In this document: one piece after another, positions 54,114 through 63,973 of the stretch
Layout of the letters: the number at the start of each line of letters is the position of its first letter
Position numbering within the stretch: position 1 is the first letter of the stretch
Assembly (NCBI GenBank): GCA_965220215.1
Contig: OZ244809.1
Coordinates: 666,580-730,579 of the forward strand
Reading direction: 5' to 3'
DNA from: Dehalococcoidia bacterium
GTDB lineage: Bacteria > Chloroflexota > Dehalococcoidia > SHYD01
DNA length: 64,000 bases
Notes under the pieces: model-generated
The model's input: the letters and a program-made list of their open reading frames with translations, nothing else
What the model was told of the DNA's origin: nothing
Databases searched by the model: none
Translations under genes and position numbers: made by a program

Positions 54114-54863
54114 CTATTGCTTCTGCACGTCCGTAAGGGAAATGGTGGCCTCGTTCTCTTCATGGAGGCCGCACTCATCCTTGTCGAAGTCGGCCCACCG
54201 CCCGGAGCGGGGATCGTCGCCGGGGTTGACCGCCTTGGTGCAATTGGTGCACCCGATGCTGGGATACCCGCGATCGTGGAGCGGGTTGTAGGGAACGTCG
54301 TGCTCAAAGATGTAGCCCCAGACCTGACGATCGTTCCAGGAAGCCAGCGCGTTGATCTTCACCAGATCGAATTGGGTGTCCCACTCCACCAGGTCTACGT
54401 TCGCGCGGTTCTTGGTCTGGTCCCGGCGGATGCCGGTAATCCATGCGCGCTTGCCCTCCATAGCCCGCTTGTTGGGCTCCACTTTGCGCAGCGCGCAACA
54501 GAGGTTAGGGTCGCTGGTCCAGAGCTCCGCGCCGTGTTGTGCGGCCTGCTCTTCAGGCGTGATCAGGGACTTGTAGGCAGAGGGGGTGAAGCCATAGCGC
54601 TCGCTGGCGCGCTTCACGAGGTCATAGCTCTCCGGGAAGAGGTAATCCGTATCCAGGTAGAACACCTCCACCTTGGAGTTGATCTTCATCATCATGTCCA
54701 GCAGCACCATGCCTGAGATACCGCCAAAGCTACACGCCATGGACAAGTCCGGGTGAAAGGTATCTACCGCCCAGCGCAAAATCTCCTGAGGGTCTTTGCC
54801 CTCAAACCCTGCGCTAATGGCCTTAAGCTCTTCAAGAGAATAGTGCTGCGTTTGGCTTGCCAT
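54114..54863 (-). CDS. cysH: Adenylylsulfate/phosphoadenylylsulfate reductase (thioredoxin-dependent, Fe-S type)
   Basis: The PAPS-reductase fold SFGGISGMVLLDMM plus the CC...ECGLH cysteine motifs of the APS-reductase subtype. The start is taken at the internal Met (CAT at 54861-54863). Confidence 0.85.
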   Translation of the reverse strand: MASQTQHYSLEELKAISAGFEGKDPQEILRWAVDTFHPDLSMACSFGGISGMVLLDMMMKINSKVEVFYLDTDYLFPESYDLVKRASERYGFTPSAYKSLITPEEQAAQHGAELWTSDPNLCCALRKVEPNKRAMEGKRAWITGIRRDQTKNRANVDLVEWDTQFDLVKINALASWNDRQVWGYIFEHDVPYNPLHDRGYPSIGCTNCTKAVNPGDDPRSGRWADFDKDECGLHEENEATISLTDVQKQ

Positions 54864-55034
54864 AGTGCCTCTCTCCGAGAAAGTATAGTTATTTATCAAC
54901 AATATAAACTATACGTGAAAAGTGTAACGTTCCCCTTTTTTTGTGTCAATAGTGACTAGCTGCGCTCACGCACGACGGGGAATGGAAACGACGAAGCGTA
55001 CTTCGTCTAATTGGAAGGCATACGAGCAGCGTGC

Positions 55035-55550
55035 TTATCGGGAGCCTAGGAGCTTCTCTTCCTCCTCGATTCCCTGAATGGCGCTGTTGACGGTGCCGAG
55101 TTGGGTGTTAAGGCTGTTCTCCAACCGCCGGAGCTGGAGCAGGACATATTCATTGAACTCCCGCCGGCGCTCCGCCGTCTCCTGCTCTGTGCGAGTGACA
55201 GTGTCCTGGGCCTGCTGTTCCGCCTGGGCCATGACCTTCTCTGCCTCCGCGCGCGCCGCGGCCACCAGTTGATGCTCATCCAAGCGCTGGCGGAAGGCAG
55301 ACTCCGCCTCATCCCGAATGCGCTGGCCGGACTCACGCGCGTCCTGGAGCAACTGTTCCTGGCTTGCCAGCACTTCCTGGGCATGCTCGACGTCTTCCGG
55401 AATGGAGGCGCGCATCTGATCTACCAGCTCCAACAGCTCGATCTTGTCCAAGAGAACTTTATCCAGCCCTGGAACCGAAAAAGACTCTGTGGACAGGGTT
55501 TCTAGGCGGTCAATTAGCTGCAAGATATCGATGGCGAGCCTCCTAAAACT
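55035..55550 (-). CDS. Hypothetical coiled-coil protein
   Basis: A long heptad-like helical sequence. The start is uncertain. The annotated ATG at 55616 would overlap coaD by 68 nt, and an AGGAGG Shine-Dalgarno sequence sits near 55550. Confidence 0.35.
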   Translation of the reverse strand, partial: SFRRLAIDILQLIDRLETLSTESFSVPGLDKVLLDKIELLELVDQMRASIPEDVEHAQEVLASQEQLLQDARESGQRIRDEAESAFRQRLDEHQLVAAARAEAEKVMAQAEQQAQDTVTRTEQETAERRREFNEYVLLQLRRLENSLNTQLGTVNSAIQGIEEEEKLLGSR

Positions 55551-56058
55551 ATGCTTCCTGCCTACCCGTGCCGCTGCCCGGTTGACGCAGCTTCTGCTGT
55601 AAGGCGCGGTCAACATTCTCGGGCACCATCCCTACCAGTGGATACCCCATTCCCCACAGCTCCTTGATACGGGTGGAGCTCAGGTAGAGGTACTCGTGGC
55701 TGCTCATCATGAAGATTGATTCAATATCTGCCAACATGCGCTTATTCGTGAGGGCCATTTCCAGCTCATACTCATAGTCGGAGAGCGCGCGCAGGCCGCG
55801 CACCAGGGCCCTAGCTCCAAGCTGTTGCGCCAGCTCAACGGTTAGGCCGGTGTACGGTATCACGGAGATGTTGGAGTTTTGCGGCAGGCAGCCCCGCCAT
55901 AGCTCAATGCGCTCTTCCGTATCGAAGAGGAGTCGCTTAGGCGGCTCATCAAACACTGCGACCACTACTTCATCAAAGAGCCTGGCTGCGCGCAGGGCAA
56001 TGTCCAGATGTCCAAGGGTAACGGGATCGAAGCTACCGGGGTAGATTGCCTTAGCCAT
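55549..56058 (-). CDS. coaD: Phosphopantetheine adenylyltransferase
   Basis: MAKAIYPGSFDPVTLGHLDI is the CoaD N-terminus. Confidence 0.9.
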   Translation of the reverse strand: MAKAIYPGSFDPVTLGHLDIALRAARLFDEVVVAVFDEPPKRLLFDTEERIELWRGCLPQNSNISVIPYTGLTVELAQQLGARALVRGLRALSDYEYELEMALTNKRMLADIESIFMMSSHEYLYLSSTRIKELWGMGYPLVGMVPENVDRALQQKLRQPGSGTGRQEA

Positions 56059-56617
56059 TGCTTCGCTCCTCTCTCGTAAAGAGCAAGATCATCGTATCTC
56101 CGTGCCGTCGCTGCTTCTCTAACGCTAGCGACGGATAATCGTGGGTCGTTCCCTCTTGGGACCGGACACTACGCTCCAGCACCAGCTGGCCCTCTCGCTC
56201 CAGGAGGTCTTTATCGACCAGTGCACTCACTAGCTCCACGTCCACGGCCTGCCCGTAAGGCGGGTCCATAAAGACCAGGCTATAGGGGCCGACCAGTTGC
56301 GGAAGCGCCCGCTGCGCTGACAAGCAGTACACTTTGGCCCGGCCAGCCAGCCCTAAGCGCTGCAGGTTCTCCTGAATAACGGCGCAACATTGGGGCTCCT
56401 GATCTATAAAGTCCGCCCAACCTGCGCCGCGGCTCAATGCTTCGATACCCAGCGCACCTGTGCCGGCATAGACGTCCAGCACCCGCTCCTCTTCCGAGAA
56501 GTACGGCCCCACGATATTAAAGATCGCGCCCCGAACTAAATCCGAGGTAGGGCGAACGCCTGCTTTGCGAGGCGCTTTCAGGGGGTGGCCCTTGACCTCA
56601 CCCGCTATCACACGCAC
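56051..56617 (-). CDS. rsmD: 16S rRNA (guanine966-N2)-methyltransferase
   Basis: MRVIAGEVKGHPLKAPRKAGVRPTSDLVRGAIFNI is the RsmD family. It overlaps coaD by 8 nt. Confidence 0.85.
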   Translation of the reverse strand: MRVIAGEVKGHPLKAPRKAGVRPTSDLVRGAIFNIVGPYFSEEERVLDVYAGTGALGIEALSRGAGWADFIDQEPQCCAVIQENLQRLGLAGRAKVYCLSAQRALPQLVGPYSLVFMDPPYGQAVDVELVSALVDKDLLEREGQLVLERSVRSQEGTTHDYPSLALEKQRRHGDTMILLFTREERSNG

Positions 56618-56651
56618 AGACGCTTGCAGTCCTGAGGCAAGGCACAGCGGC

Positions 56652-57797
56652 TCACTCGCGCTCTCCCAGGGTGACCTCCACCGCCAACTCTTGGCCCTCT
56701 CGATTCACCACAACGGGAACCTTCTCATCGGGCTGGTGCTTCATGAGCATATTCAGCAGCGGACGGTCCTGGTCAATGGCATCATCGCCAATCTTAATGA
56801 TGATATCGCCTTCCCTCAACCCCGCTTGGGAGGCGGGCCCGTCTGCGGCTACCTGGACGATGAAGGCCCCGTAGCGGACGGGCAAGCCGTAGAAGGAGGC
56901 CAGCGCCGGGTTAATCTGCTGGTGGGAGATGCCCATGTAGGGCCGCACCACTTTGCCTGTTGCGACAAGTTGGCTCGCCACCTGACGGACGGTGTTGCTG
57001 GGGATGGCAAACCCAATGCCTTCCACCAGCTGACCTTCACCGGTAAGGCGAATGACGCTGGTGTTGATGCCTACTACCTGACCCGCGGCATTCACCAGCG
57101 GCCCGCCGCTGTTCCCTTGGTTGATGGCGGCATCGGTCTGGATGAGGTCTTCCATGACCAGACCTCCCCCGCGCCAGACCCGGTGCAGGCCGCTCACCAC
57201 ACCCTGGGTGACGGTGTTGCTGAAATGTCCCAACGCGCTGCCGATGGCGACCACCCGTTGCCCAGGTGTCAACGCATCGGAATCGCCCATCTCCAAGGGC
57301 TCCGTTGTGCCGGCATCGATCTTCAGCACTGCGATATCATTGAAGGGATTATCCGTGCCGACGAGAGTTGCTTCGACCCGCTCGCCGTCGTGAAAGATGA
57401 CGGCGAGGTTCAACGCGCCCTCAACAACATGGGCATTGGTGACAACGTGTCCCTGGTCGTCAAAAATAAAACCAGAGCCGGACGCGATTTCCGGTGTGGT
57501 GATGCCGCCTTGTCGCCGGGGAGCATCTAGGTCGGCCACAACCGTAACGACGCTGGGACCCACGCGCTGCACCACATCCACCATCGCGGAATCCTCGGTA
57601 AGGCTGAAGCTCCCCCGCGTGGATGGCGCACTAGGCCCGTCGATGATGCCGGAAGGTAGAAGAACCATCACAGCCAGCGCGCCGCCAACGCCGCCTGCAA
57701 ACAGCGATACAAGCATAACGAGCACGAGCGAGAGTCGGGACGACCGTGCACGGGGCTGCTGCTCAGGCGGGGACGCTGTAGTTGCTTCCATACTCAT
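56652..57797 (-). CDS. htrA: HtrA/DegP-family serine protease with PDZ domain
   Basis: Trypsin-like catalytic blocks (GSGFIFD..HVVTNAHVV, GNSGGPLVN) plus a C-terminal PDZ domain and an N-terminal transmembrane segment. Confidence 0.85.
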   Translation of the reverse strand: MSMEATTASPPEQQPRARSSRLSLVLVMLVSLFAGGVGGALAVMVLLPSGIIDGPSAPSTRGSFSLTEDSAMVDVVQRVGPSVVTVVADLDAPRRQGGITTPEIASGSGFIFDDQGHVVTNAHVVEGALNLAVIFHDGERVEATLVGTDNPFNDIAVLKIDAGTTEPLEMGDSDALTPGQRVVAIGSALGHFSNTVTQGVVSGLHRVWRGGGLVMEDLIQTDAAINQGNSGGPLVNAAGQVVGINTSVIRLTGEGQLVEGIGFAIPSNTVRQVASQLVATGKVVRPYMGISHQQINPALASFYGLPVRYGAFIVQVAADGPASQAGLREGDIIIKIGDDAIDQDRPLLNMLMKHQPDEKVPVVVNREGQELAVEVTLGERE

Positions 57798-58088
57798 AAG
57801 TTATGCGCTTCCTCAAGGCAATGTTTCAGTGAGAGGGCTACCGGCGTGGTGAGGAGTCGAAAGTCGCTGATCAGGACTGTTGACTGCCGTGATTTTACGT
57901 TAACTTTGCGTTAATTGTAGCACAGCGGCTGCTGCCCGCCTCAAGAGGGTTACGCACGCCACAAGGTCATCCTACGCCTCTATACAGTTGTTCGGGCGGA
58001 GCATATAATAGTGCCGAGCGAGAGACTACACGTCGCTCTCGTTTTTTTATTTCTCGGGTTTTTGCACAGGTTGGTAAGGAGTAGGAGG

Positions 58089-58559
58089 ATGACGCAGCGA
58101 CAACAGCCGGCCTACCTCACTCCGGAGGGCCACGAAGAGCTACTGCGGGAACTGGAGCGTCTCCGAACTGTCCGAAGGGGTGAGGTTGCAGACATCATCA
58201 ACCAGGCCAAAGAGCTTGGGACAACCGTCAACAACGCAGAGTACGATGATGCCAAACGAGAGCAGTCCTTTGTAGAGGGACGCATTCTGGAGCTTGAAAC
58301 CGTCCTTAAATCAGCCAAGGTTATCCCGCACAGCACGGGCACTAATATACAGGTCGGCGCCAGGGTGGTGTTGATGACAGCAGACGGGCAAGAGGAGCAC
58401 TTCACCATCGTAGGCAGCGCAGAGGCGCACCCACTGGAGGGCAAGATCTCCAACGAGTCCCCCGTAGGCAAAGCGCTCATGGGTAAAAAAGTGGGTGACC
58501 CCGTGCAGGTAATGACCCCGGGCGGAGTCATTAGCTACACTATTCGGAGCCTGGAATAG
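58089..58559 (+). CDS. greA: Transcription elongation factor GreA
   Basis: AYLTPEGHEELLRELERLR...NAEYDDAKREQSFVEGRILELE is the GreA family. The start is at ATG 58089. Confidence 0.9.
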   Translation: MTQRQQPAYLTPEGHEELLRELERLRTVRRGEVADIINQAKELGTTVNNAEYDDAKREQSFVEGRILELETVLKSAKVIPHSTGTNIQVGARVVLMTADGQEEHFTIVGSAEAHPLEGKISNESPVGKALMGKKVGDPVQVMTPGGVISYTIRSLE

Positions 58560-58655
58560 TCCAGGGCACGTGACCAGCACAACGGCCCAAAGACCCCAGG
58601 TACAGACCTGGGGTCGTACACTGTCCGAAGCAGCACAGAGTAAGTAGACCGCAAC

Positions 58656-60143
58656 ATGACACAACGCAACGAAGAATACTATCGCCAGCGATTGTCCAAA
58701 CTGGAGCGCCTGCGCAGCGCCGGCGTCGATCCTTATCCGGCCCGCTTCAAGCGCACCCACACCGCGCAGGAAGCCACTGCGCGCTTTGAGCAGCTCCACG
58801 GCGATACGCCCGGCGCCCACGGCGAAGAAGAAGTGACCGCGGCAGGACGCCTGACCGCCCAGCGCATCATGGGCAAGGCCAGCTTCATGGACCTCAACGA
58901 TGGCTCCGGCAAGCTCCAGCTCTACTTCCGCTCCGACCACCTGAGCCCGGAGCAGTACGAGGCACTGGAGCACCTGGACTTGGGAGACTTTCTGGGCGCA
59001 ACCGGTACCCTCTTCCGCACCCGCACCGGCCAGATCAGCCTGGAGGTGCATAGCTACACCGTTCTGGCCAAGGCGTTGCAGCCGCCACCGGAGAAGTGGC
59101 ACGGCCTGACCGACGTGGAGACGCGCTACCGCCACCGCTATCTTGACCTCATGTCCAGCGAGGAGGTGCGCGCCACCTTTGTGGCACGCGCCCGTCTGGT
59201 GGCGGCCATGCGCCGCTTCCTCAACGACCGCGGCTTCATCGAAGTGGAGACGCCGGTGCTGTTACCTCACGCCGGCGGGGCAGCCGCCCGGCCCTTCGCG
59301 ACCCACCACAACGCCTTGGACCAGGACTTCTTCCTACGCGTTGCCACCGAGCTGCACTTGAAGCGACTCATCGTCGGCGGCTATGAGAAGGTCTACGAGA
59401 TTGGACGCATCTTCCGCAACGAGGGCATCTCCACCAAACACAACCCCGAATTTTCCACGATGGAGTGCTATGAAGCCTACGCCGACTATCAGGACATGAT
59501 GGCGTTGGTGGAGCAGATGGCGGCGTTCATGGCCCAGGAGACCGTGGGCGCGCTGGAGATCCCCTTCAAGGAGCAGACCATCTCCTTAGCGCCGCCGTGG
59601 CAACGCTACACCTTTGAGGAGGTGCTCCGGGAGCACACCGGCATCAGCTTCCTGGACTACCCGGACGCGGCCTCCCTCTACCAGGCCATCAAGGAGAAGG
59701 GGCTACGGGTGCCGCCCGGTCTCGGCTACGGCAAGCTAGTGGACGAACTCTTTTCCGAATACGCAGAGTCGCACCTGATCCAGCCCACCTTTCTGCTGGA
59801 CTACCCCATTGAGCTATCCCCCCTAGCCAAGCAGAAGGCTGACGACCCGCGGCTGGTGGAGCGGTTCGAAGGCTTTATTGGCGGGATGGAGATAGCCAAC
59901 GCGTTCAGCGAGTTGAACGACCCCGAGGAGCAGCGCCGCCGCTTCGGTCAGCAGGCCACCGCCCGCGCGGAGGGCGACGAAGAAGCCGAGCTTCCTGATG
60001 AGGACTTCCTCTTTGCCCTAGAGCACGGCATGCCCCCTACGGGCGGACTGGGCATGGGTATTGACCGCCTAGCCATGATCTTCACGAACAATGCCTCCAT
60101 CCGGGAGGTCATCCTCTTCCCCCAGCTCCGAAGCAAGGAGTAG
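58656..60143 (+). CDS. lysS: Lysyl-tRNA synthetase, class II
   Basis: OB-fold N-terminus, class II motifs (FRNEG, GGLGMGIDRL). Confidence 0.95.
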   Translation: MTQRNEEYYRQRLSKLERLRSAGVDPYPARFKRTHTAQEATARFEQLHGDTPGAHGEEEVTAAGRLTAQRIMGKASFMDLNDGSGKLQLYFRSDHLSPEQYEALEHLDLGDFLGATGTLFRTRTGQISLEVHSYTVLAKALQPPPEKWHGLTDVETRYRHRYLDLMSSEEVRATFVARARLVAAMRRFLNDRGFIEVETPVLLPHAGGAAARPFATHHNALDQDFFLRVATELHLKRLIVGGYEKVYEIGRIFRNEGISTKHNPEFSTMECYEAYADYQDMMALVEQMAAFMAQETVGALEIPFKEQTISLAPPWQRYTFEEVLREHTGISFLDYPDAASLYQAIKEKGLRVPPGLGYGKLVDELFSEYAESHLIQPTFLLDYPIELSPLAKQKADDPRLVERFEGFIGGMEIANAFSELNDPEEQRRRFGQQATARAEGDEEAELPDEDFLFALEHGMPPTGGLGMGIDRLAMIFTNNASIREVILFPQLRSKE

Positions 60144-60249
60144 CGCCCCCCGTCTGCAGGTACTCGCAAGCCATCGTTAGTCGGGAGTCTGTCGAAACGA
60201 CGCCGGTGGTGGGCAAGGCAGAAGGAGGAGCAGGTTAATAACTGAGCAA

Positions 60250-60278
60250 CTGCAGCCCTGCGTGATACAGGGCTGCAG
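60250..60278 (+). other. Perfect 11-bp stem hairpin (CTGCAGCCCTG-CGTGATA-CAGGGCTGCAG) between lysS and the pentapeptide-repeat gene
   Basis: Seen directly in the sequence. There is no U-tract, so it is not a canonical intrinsic terminator. Confidence 0.4.
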
Positions 60279-60310
60279 AAGAATGGTGTATCACCTAGTA
60301 CAAGGATGCG

Positions 60311-60886
60311 ATGAAAGAATACACGGAGAAACAGCTAGAAAACATCTTGAAAGAGCACAAGAAGTGGTTAGCGGACCCCCTCAGAGGCCGCCGCGCCGAC
60401 CTGAGCGACGCTGATCTGAGCGGCAAAGAAATGCAGGAAACCAATCTAAGCAAGGCCGGGCTGATCGGAGTCGACCTGCAATACGCTGACCTGAACGGCG
60501 CTGACTTCTCCGGAGCCGACCTGAGCGACGCCAACCTGCGCGGCGCTGACCTGCGGTGGGCTAACTTGATGGGAGCCAACCTGAGCAACGCCAACCTGCG
60601 CGGCGCTGACCTGCGCAACGCTGACCTGCGGGACGCCATCCTGCAGGAGGCCAACCTGCGGGAGGCCGACTTAAGCTACACCAAACTACGGGGAGCCCGC
60701 CTGCAGGGCGCCGACCTGCGCGGCGCTGACTTCTCCGGAGCTGACCTACAATTCGCTGATCTGAACAGCGCTAACCTGCAGTTCGCTATCCTGCGCACCG
60801 CTGACCTGCAGGGAGCTTCCATGGTGAACGCTTTCCTGGAAGACGCCCGTCTGCCGGCCAAGAACCCAGATGAAGAGGAAGAATAA
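60311..60886 (+). CDS. Pentapeptide-repeat protein
   Basis: About 30 consecutive A(D/N)LxG-type pentapeptides (ADLSDADLSG...ANLRGADLR...). Confidence 0.8.
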   Translation: MKEYTEKQLENILKEHKKWLADPLRGRRADLSDADLSGKEMQETNLSKAGLIGVDLQYADLNGADFSGADLSDANLRGADLRWANLMGANLSNANLRGADLRNADLRDAILQEANLREADLSYTKLRGARLQGADLRGADFSGADLQFADLNSANLQFAILRTADLQGASMVNAFLEDARLPAKNPDEEEE

Positions 60887-61030
60887 CGAGAGCGCTCGCC
60901 CGCACCTCTTACCCCTGTGGTAGGAGCGGCGTGGCCCAGGTGGTGATCCTCTATTCTCGTCCCCTTGCCAGCCTGTCATGGTAAACTGGCTGCGATCTCT
61001 TCCTTCATCAATCGTACATTGGGGTAGTTT

Positions 61031-62302
61031 ATGTTAAGTATTCAGCTCATCCGCGAACATCCGGAGGTGGTGGAGCGCGCCATGGCCCGCCGCCACTCGG
61101 ACACGCCCCTGGACGAGATCCTGGCGCTGGACGCCGACCGCCGCAAGCTCCTCCAAGAGGCCGACGCCCTCAAAGCCCGGCGCAACGAGGTGAGCCGCAA
61201 CATCGGGCGTTCCCGTCAGGAGTCGCCGGAGGCTTTCGAGCAGACGCGCGAGGAGATGCGCCAGGTGGGCGACCAGATTAGCGCGCTGGAAGCGCAGACC
61301 GCAGACAAGGAAACTCGCCTGAACGACCTACTGCTGATGCTCCCCAACCTGCCGGACGACTCCGTGCCGGAGGGCGAGGATGAGAGCGGCAACCTGGTGC
61401 TACGCACGGAGGGCACGCCACCTAGCTTCGATTTCGAAACGCAAGCCCATTGGGACATGGGTGAGCGCCTGGACATCATCGATTTCCAGCGCGGCGTAAA
61501 GCTCTCCGGAAGCCGCTTCTATGTGCTCAAGGGCCTGGGCGCGCGGCTGCAGCGGGCCCTCATCACTTGGATGCTGGACTTCCATACCAGCCGCGGCTAC
61601 GTAGAGATCTACCCGCCTGCGCTGGTCAAGTCCGAGGTCATGCAAGGCGCGGGCCAACTCCCAAAGTTCTTTGATAACCTCTACCGTGATGCGGAAGAGG
61701 ACCTTTTCCTCATCCCTACCGCGGAGGTGCCCGTCACCAACCTCTATCGTGATGAGATCCTGCCGCCGGACGCCCTCCCCATCTACCACGCGGCGTACAC
61801 CCCCTGCTTCCGCCGGGAGAAGGTGTCGGCCGGGCGGGATGTGCGCGGCATTAAGCGCGTCCACCAGTTCGACAAGGTGGAGATGTATAAGTTTGTGGAC
61901 CCAGAGACCTCCATGGACGAGCTTGAGCGGATGCTGGCGGACGCCGAGGAGTTGTGCCGGATGCTGGACATCCCCCACCGCATCCTCTCGCTGTGCACTG
62001 GAGACCTGGGTTTCTCCGCAGTGAAGACCTACGACATCGAGATCTGGGCGCCCGGCAGCAAGGAGTGGCTGGAGGTAAGCTCCGTGAGCAACTGCGGCGA
62101 CTTCCAGGCACGGCGGGCCAACATCCGCTACCGCCCGGAGCCCAACGGCCGGCCCATGTTCCCCCACACCCTCAACGGCTCCGGCCTAGCCCTGCCCCGG
62201 GTGATGATCGCGATCCTGGAGAACTACCAGCAGGCGGACGGTACAGTGGTCATCCCCGAGACGCTGCGCCCCTACATGGGCGGCCGAGAGCGCATTGGCT
62301 AG
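61031..62302 (+). CDS. serS: Seryl-tRNA synthetase
   Basis: N-terminal coiled-coil arm and class II core (FRRE, GSGLALPR). Confidence 0.95.
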   Translation: MLSIQLIREHPEVVERAMARRHSDTPLDEILALDADRRKLLQEADALKARRNEVSRNIGRSRQESPEAFEQTREEMRQVGDQISALEAQTADKETRLNDLLLMLPNLPDDSVPEGEDESGNLVLRTEGTPPSFDFETQAHWDMGERLDIIDFQRGVKLSGSRFYVLKGLGARLQRALITWMLDFHTSRGYVEIYPPALVKSEVMQGAGQLPKFFDNLYRDAEEDLFLIPTAEVPVTNLYRDEILPPDALPIYHAAYTPCFRREKVSAGRDVRGIKRVHQFDKVEMYKFVDPETSMDELERMLADAEELCRMLDIPHRILSLCTGDLGFSAVKTYDIEIWAPGSKEWLEVSSVSNCGDFQARRANIRYRPEPNGRPMFPHTLNGSGLALPRVMIAILENYQQADGTVVIPETLRPYMGGRERIG

Positions 62303-62331
62303 CAACAGCACCGAACTAACAGGAGCATCTC

Positions 62332-62670
62332 ATGGCAACCTACATTCTTCTGCTCACCCTTACGCCTGAAGGTCGCGAGAAGGCGCTGGCCGACCCGGAT
62401 AGCCTGCGGCGCGCGGAGGCAGCCATCAGAGTCTCCGGCACGCAGGTGCTGGGCCTCTACGGCGTCCTGGGCCAGTACGATTTCGTCTCGATTCTGGATG
62501 CGCAAGACAACGCGGCTGTAGCTCAGTTCTCTCTGGAGCTGGGAGTGAGAGCAGGGGTGTTTGTGAACTCTCTGCCGGCCATCCCCATCAGCCGGTTTGA
62601 GCATGCCTCCGACGAGCCGGTCGCGCAGGCAGAAGCCGATCCCCAGCTTGCTCGTCCGTCGCCTAACTAA
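62332..62670 (+). CDS. GYD-domain protein
   Basis: YGVLGQYDFVSILDAQDNAAVAQFSLELG is the GYD family pattern. Confidence 0.7.
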   Translation: MATYILLLTLTPEGREKALADPDSLRRAEAAIRVSGTQVLGLYGVLGQYDFVSILDAQDNAAVAQFSLELGVRAGVFVNSLPAIPISRFEHASDEPVAQAEADPQLARPSPN

Positions 62671-62956
62671 ACCAGCGCGCTTTTCCCAAGGTGGTGGGCT
62701 AGTTGGCATTAGGCTGGCAAACAGCCGCCCGTGCTTCGACAAGCTCAGCATGAGCGGCTCGTAGGTTCCTGCACTTCGCTCAGGGTAAACAGACGCGCAC
62801 CATGAGCGACACGTTGCTCGCACGCTACTAACCATGCCGTTCGCCAGACGCGAGTGCCTAAACAGGCGGGACTTGTGGTACACTGCTGCCAGCAATTTCA
62901 GGCACGCGCGCCTGACCTTGCAAGCACCAACAAGCACTATTTCGTAGGAGGGAAGA

Positions 62957-63916
62957 ATGGCCAGAGTATCCCCGACAGATGAGCAGATCTACAAATGGTT
63001 TGACGAGCTTAGCAACTGGGGCCGCTGGGGTAAGGACGACCGCATGGGCACGCTCAACCTCATCACCCCCAAGAAACGGCTTGAGGCCGCCGCCCTGGTA
63101 AAAGAAGGCATTGGCGTTTCCTGCTCGTATCCTATCCGTTTCAATGAGCACAACACCGACGATACGTGGGCTGAGCCCCGGCATTATATGAACAGCATGC
63201 CGGCCCAGAACACGGCAGAGTTCATGGGTCCCACCGGCAGCACGGACATAGGCGTGCTGAACTTCCACGGCCTAAGCCTCACCCACATAGACTGCCCGGG
63301 CCACTACTTCTTCAAACCGGCCGCGGACCGCCCCATTGCCGGTTACAACAACCTGTCCCCCAACGTAGTAACGCCTCGCGGCGTCGACCCGAGTGGCGCC
63401 GTTACCCTGATTGGTGATGGCATCATCTCCCGCGGCGTCCTGATCGACCTGCCCCGGCTGCGCGGCGTGGAGTGGCTGGAGCCCGGCACGCCCATCTTCC
63501 CGGAGGACATTGAAGAGGCCGAGGAAGCCCAAGGCGTGAAGGCAGGCCCCGGCGACATCCTCTGCGTCTCCACCGGCCACGGCAAGCGCAAGCGCAAAGA
63601 GGGCTGGAACAGCCGTCCCGGCGAGCAGGCCGGCCCCGATGGCGCACTGCTGCCCTGGATGAAACAGCGTGACGTATCCGTCCTGGCCTGCGACACCGCC
63701 AACGACTGGATCCCTAAGACAGAGGGCATGATGATCCGCCCTATCCACGGCATCGGCATTGCGGCTATGGGTATGTGGCTCATCGATGGCGCCGACTACG
63801 AGGGACTCAGCTACGAGTGCGCTCGCATGCAGCGCTGGGAGTTCCTCTTCATCGTCCCGCCGTTGAAGCTGAACAACTCCACCGCAAGCCCGGTGAACCC
63901 CATCGCCTTCCTGTAA
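62957..63916 (+). CDS. Cyclase-family protein (kynurenine formamidase-like)
   Basis: Cyclase-family blocks HGLSLTHIDCPGHYF and GVLIDLP. Confidence 0.8.
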   Translation: MARVSPTDEQIYKWFDELSNWGRWGKDDRMGTLNLITPKKRLEAAALVKEGIGVSCSYPIRFNEHNTDDTWAEPRHYMNSMPAQNTAEFMGPTGSTDIGVLNFHGLSLTHIDCPGHYFFKPAADRPIAGYNNLSPNVVTPRGVDPSGAVTLIGDGIISRGVLIDLPRLRGVEWLEPGTPIFPEDIEEAEEAQGVKAGPGDILCVSTGHGKRKRKEGWNSRPGEQAGPDGALLPWMKQRDVSVLACDTANDWIPKTEGMMIRPIHGIGIAAMGMWLIDGADYEGLSYECARMQRWEFLFIVPPLKLNNSTASPVNPIAFL

Positions 63917-63935
63917 ATCGCTACATTAGGCACAA

Positions 63936-63973
63936 GGACTACGACCCAGGTGCTCGTGCCCTGGGTCGTAGCC
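63936..63973 (+). terminator. Terminator-like long hairpin after the cyclase gene
   Basis: GGACTACGACCCAGG-TGCTCGTGC-CCTGGGTCGTAGCC, followed by a second short hairpin. Confidence 0.4.

Noticed and set aside
60295-60654. 119-aa antisense ORF with repeated RSAP/LRSA motifs
   Set aside because: It is the mirror-strand reading of the pentapeptide-repeat gene's periodic DNA and not an independent gene. The 42366-42910 minus-strand ORFs inside the tandem-repeat region are rejected for the same reason.
62734-62815. Possible additional degenerate REP-like copy (CTTCGACAAGCTCAGCATGAGCGG ... CACCATGAGCGAC)
   Set aside because: Only the right-arm-like segment matches and there is no convincing left arm. 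The similarity is too weak to call without a genome-wide model.
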